NCBI GenBank assembly: GCA_027001995.1
Contig: JALTLO010000083.1
Coordinates: 1 to 18,116, forward strand
DNA from: Planctomycetota bacterium
GTDB taxonomy: Bacteria; Planctomycetota; GCA-002687715; DRQF01
Length of the DNA: 18,116 nt
Direction: 5' to 3'
Shown: positions 15,926 to 18,116 of the stretch, one piece after another
Numbering within the stretch: the first letter of the stretch is position 1
Layout of the letters: each line of letters begins with the position of its first letter
Made by a program: the position numbers and the translations under genes
Notes under the pieces: model-generated
The model's database searches: none
The model's input: the letters and a program-made list of their open reading frames with translations, nothing else
What the model was told of the DNA's origin: nothing

Positions 15926-17227
15926 TTAGGTACCTTTAGGTCCAGGGCCGGCGGGAGACCGCTTACGGAATTTTACGCGCAGGCCGATTTCTGGCTCTTC
16001 ACGTTTGATTACATGAGTGAAGAAGTAATAGCAGATGGGGAGCCCAAGAAGGAGACCCCAAACACCCAAAGCATGGTGCCCAATGACCAGGATAACCAGA
16101 ACCAAAATAGGATTGATGCGAAGTGCTGCCCCCATGATTCGCGGATTGAGTACGTAGGCTTCCAAAAAGTGAATGCCAGTAATGAAACCCATGAGCTTGA
16201 GCATCATGGGGACACCATCGACGTATAGGCCAACCAAGCAGATTGGGACCGAAGAAATAAACACGCCGGCAACAGGAATGAAGCCGCAGACGAATACGGT
16301 GAGGGAAAGGAACCAAATATTGGGGATTCCCAAGACCCACAGGCCTAAGGCTGTGAGTACGGAATTGACAACTGCGATGACAGCTTGGGCTTCCAACACT
16401 TTCCCCAAGACAGATCCGAAACGAACTATGCTGCCAATCGTGTGGCGGTAGAATTCCGAGAGGCGAGTTTGCTCTAACTTCTTGATCTCTGCTCTTAGGT
16501 TGTCCAAATCCAAGACGATGAGAAAACTGAAAAGCATAGAGAGAAAAAGTAAGGAGAAGACTGCAGCAATTGCGGTGACAGCGTCTGTGATGAAGGTTGG
16601 GATGTCCTTCAATAGTCGGTCTCGGTTGTTATCGATCCAATCTCTGATTTGTGTGTTTTTCCACAGAGAGATTCGTTTGGTTGTGGGTTCTGTGTCTTCA
16701 GAGATCTCTGGCTTTGTCTCGCCGAACTCCGGTGGACCGTCCCCTGATTTTTTGGCATTGGGATGGGTCTCGATGGTGACCAAGCGCTTGTAGGCCCCGC
16801 TTTTCTCATAGAGCCATGGGTCGATGGTTTCCTCCCAACGATTGGGAAGGTCCCGAACTTGCTCGTTCATCTGTCCCAGCCCATGTTTGACTTGCGGAAT
16901 GGCCAAGTGGATGATAAGTGCCAAACATAGAATGGACCCTGAAAACACGATGATGACTCGTGTTCGCCAGCTCATTTTTGGGGCAGCCCGACCGAGGGCC
17001 TTGGTAACAGAGCTGGTCACGAATGAGATCACAAAAGTGAGGAAGATGAGTGTGAAGAATTCTCGCAAAAGCCAGAGAACAAAGAAGAAAACGCCCCAAA
17101 TGAGGGTTTTCTGCAGGGCGATCTTGATTCGGTCGAAGAGTCGCCAATATTCCAAGCGACGAGCGGCCAGTTCACCGTCGATTTCTTCTTTGGTCAAATC
17201 TGTAGTTTCGTTCTTCGACTTTGCCAT
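15926..17227 (-). CDS. AI-2E family transporter (PerM/TqsA-like), 433 aa
   Basis: Motifs GFIPVAGVFIS, HFLEAYVLNPRIMG, INPILVLVIL, GVWGLLLGLP. RBS AAGGA upstream of ATG 17227. Confidence 0.92.
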   Translation of the reverse strand: MAKSKNETTDLTKEEIDGELAARRLEYWRLFDRIKIALQKTLIWGVFFFVLWLLREFFTLIFLTFVISFVTSSVTKALGRAAPKMSWRTRVIIVFSGSILCLALIIHLAIPQVKHGLGQMNEQVRDLPNRWEETIDPWLYEKSGAYKRLVTIETHPNAKKSGDGPPEFGETKPEISEDTEPTTKRISLWKNTQIRDWIDNNRDRLLKDIPTFITDAVTAIAAVFSLLFLSMLFSFLIVLDLDNLRAEIKKLEQTRLSEFYRHTIGSIVRFGSVLGKVLEAQAVIAVVNSVLTALGLWVLGIPNIWFLSLTVFVCGFIPVAGVFISSVPICLVGLYVDGVPMMLKLMGFITGIHFLEAYVLNPRIMGAALRINPILVLVILVIGHHALGVWGLLLGLPICYYFFTHVIKREEPEIGLRVKFRKRSPAGPGPKGT

Positions 17228-17270
17228 CGTTCCTTGTCCCGTAGGAGAATGAGGGTTTCCTTCTGCAGAG

Positions 17271-17299
17271 AATATACTGATGAAAGGTCAAACTGCCAA
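17271..17299 (-). promoter_or_regulatory. Putative sigma70 promoter of the AI-2E/MutS/MoxR operon
   Basis: On the - strand, TTGGCA (17299-17294), 17 bp, TATATT (17276-17271); each hexamer is a 5/6 match, ending about 44 nt upstream of the ATG. Confidence 0.55.
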
Positions 17300-17570
17300 C
17301 GGCTGAGGTTCCTTATTGCTTTCAACCTCTTGTGATCCCGGCTCTATCCAGAGATCCTGGTTGTTGTGGCTGTTTTAGACCGAACTATTCTCAATTCTTT
17401 GTTCTTATTTCTGGCGATAGACGAAACCTAAGGGCGAGGCCCTGAAACGAGGGGACTGGTCCAGGGTCTTTTTCCGAGATTTCTTGGGGAGATAGGGCGC
17501 AGCATGAAAGCGTCCGGAACGATCGGCAGGAATTTGACTTGTCGAAGCGGCTGGGTCGGGGACGGAGATC

Positions 17571-18116
17571 CTAAAGTTCTGCGGCTCTCAGGCCCAATCG
17601 GCCGAGGCGAAAATGCACACCGGCTTGCCCGGGAAGCGATTTCAGCGATTGACTGAAGAGTTCGAAAGCGGCATCGAGTTGGCCGATTTTCTCGTGAGCA
17701 CGCGCCATCATATTGAGGACATTGTGAGAGTCGCGTGTCTTGCCTCCTAAAGTCATCAAGATCTCAATTGCTGCCTCGAATTGCTCATGAAGATAGTAGC
17801 CTCGGCCAAGATATAGTTTCGGGAAGTTAAGCTCAGGCACCGCATCATGGACTTTCTGCAACATTTCCATGCGCCAAACGACGACCGCAGGTTTCTCGAC
17901 CAAACGGATCCTGAGAATCTGTTGCAGTCGACGTAGGGCACCATGGCGAGTGACGCGGTCTACGTCCTTGCCTAAACATGCCAAGTAAAGTGGCACCATG
18001 CTATTGCTCATCGCGTTCTCAGAGTTGATTTTCTTCTTCACCAACTTGACTGCCGCATCGGTAGCTTGAGGGTCGGCGCGAAAAGAATGTTCAAACGAAG
18101 TGAGAGCATGTTCTTC
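17571..18116 (-). CDS. Tetratricopeptide-repeat protein, C-terminal part (5' end lies beyond the window)
   Basis: The frame stays open from 18044 to the window edge (EEHALTSFEHSFRADPQATDAAVKL...). TPR-like helices LYLGRGYYLHEQFEAAI, MMARAHEKIGQLDAAFELFSQSLKSLP, VHFRLG. Confidence 0.8.
   Translation of the reverse strand, partial: EEHALTSFEHSFRADPQATDAAVKLVKKKINSENAMSNSMVPLYLACLGKDVDRVTRHGALRRLQQILRIRLVEKPAVVVWRMEMLQKVHDAVPELNFPKLYLGRGYYLHEQFEAAIEILMTLGGKTRDSHNVLNMMARAHEKIGQLDAAFELFSQSLKSLPGQAGVHFRLGRLGLRAAEL

Noticed and set aside
17277..17430. Hammerhead ribozyme or fluoride riboswitch (CTGATGA ... CGAAAC)
   Set aside because: I could not build the required stems. CTGATGA is on the non-coding strand and falls in the spacer of the putative promoter.

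Overview
Bacterial genomic window of moderate GC. The gene families and protein style suggest a Planctomycetota/PVC-type organism, but this is inference only. From left to right: (i) the right end of a tandem array of ~106-bp REP/REPIN-like palindromic repeats (1-322), which runs off the window edge; (ii) three tandem minus-strand paralogs encoding secreted, acidic, nearly lysine-free modular proteins (signal peptide, adhesin-like jelly-roll domain, optional Ig-like + MAM module, shared ~160-aa C-terminal domain ending in SNAV[ED]xxxx), with structured UTRs and terminators; (iii) a translationally coupled GT-C-like membrane glycosyltransferase and small membrane-anchored partner, upstream on the same strand; (iv) a divergent ygiQ-family radical SAM gene plus an esterase; (v) a tightly coupled minus-strand operon of AI-2E permease, membrane-anchored MutS-domain ATPase, MoxR-like AAA+ ATPase and a 616-aa protein resembling a catalytically degenerate YehM/TraB-fold protein with a vWA-partner-like motif; (vi) a TPR protein truncated by the window end. 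No rRNA, tRNA, CRISPR array, transposase or integrase was seen. The best candidates for undescribed biology are the paralogous surface-protein locus (shared C-terminal domain, mosaic structure, UUCG-hairpin intergenic RNA, adjacent GT-C) and the two-ATPase membrane operon.
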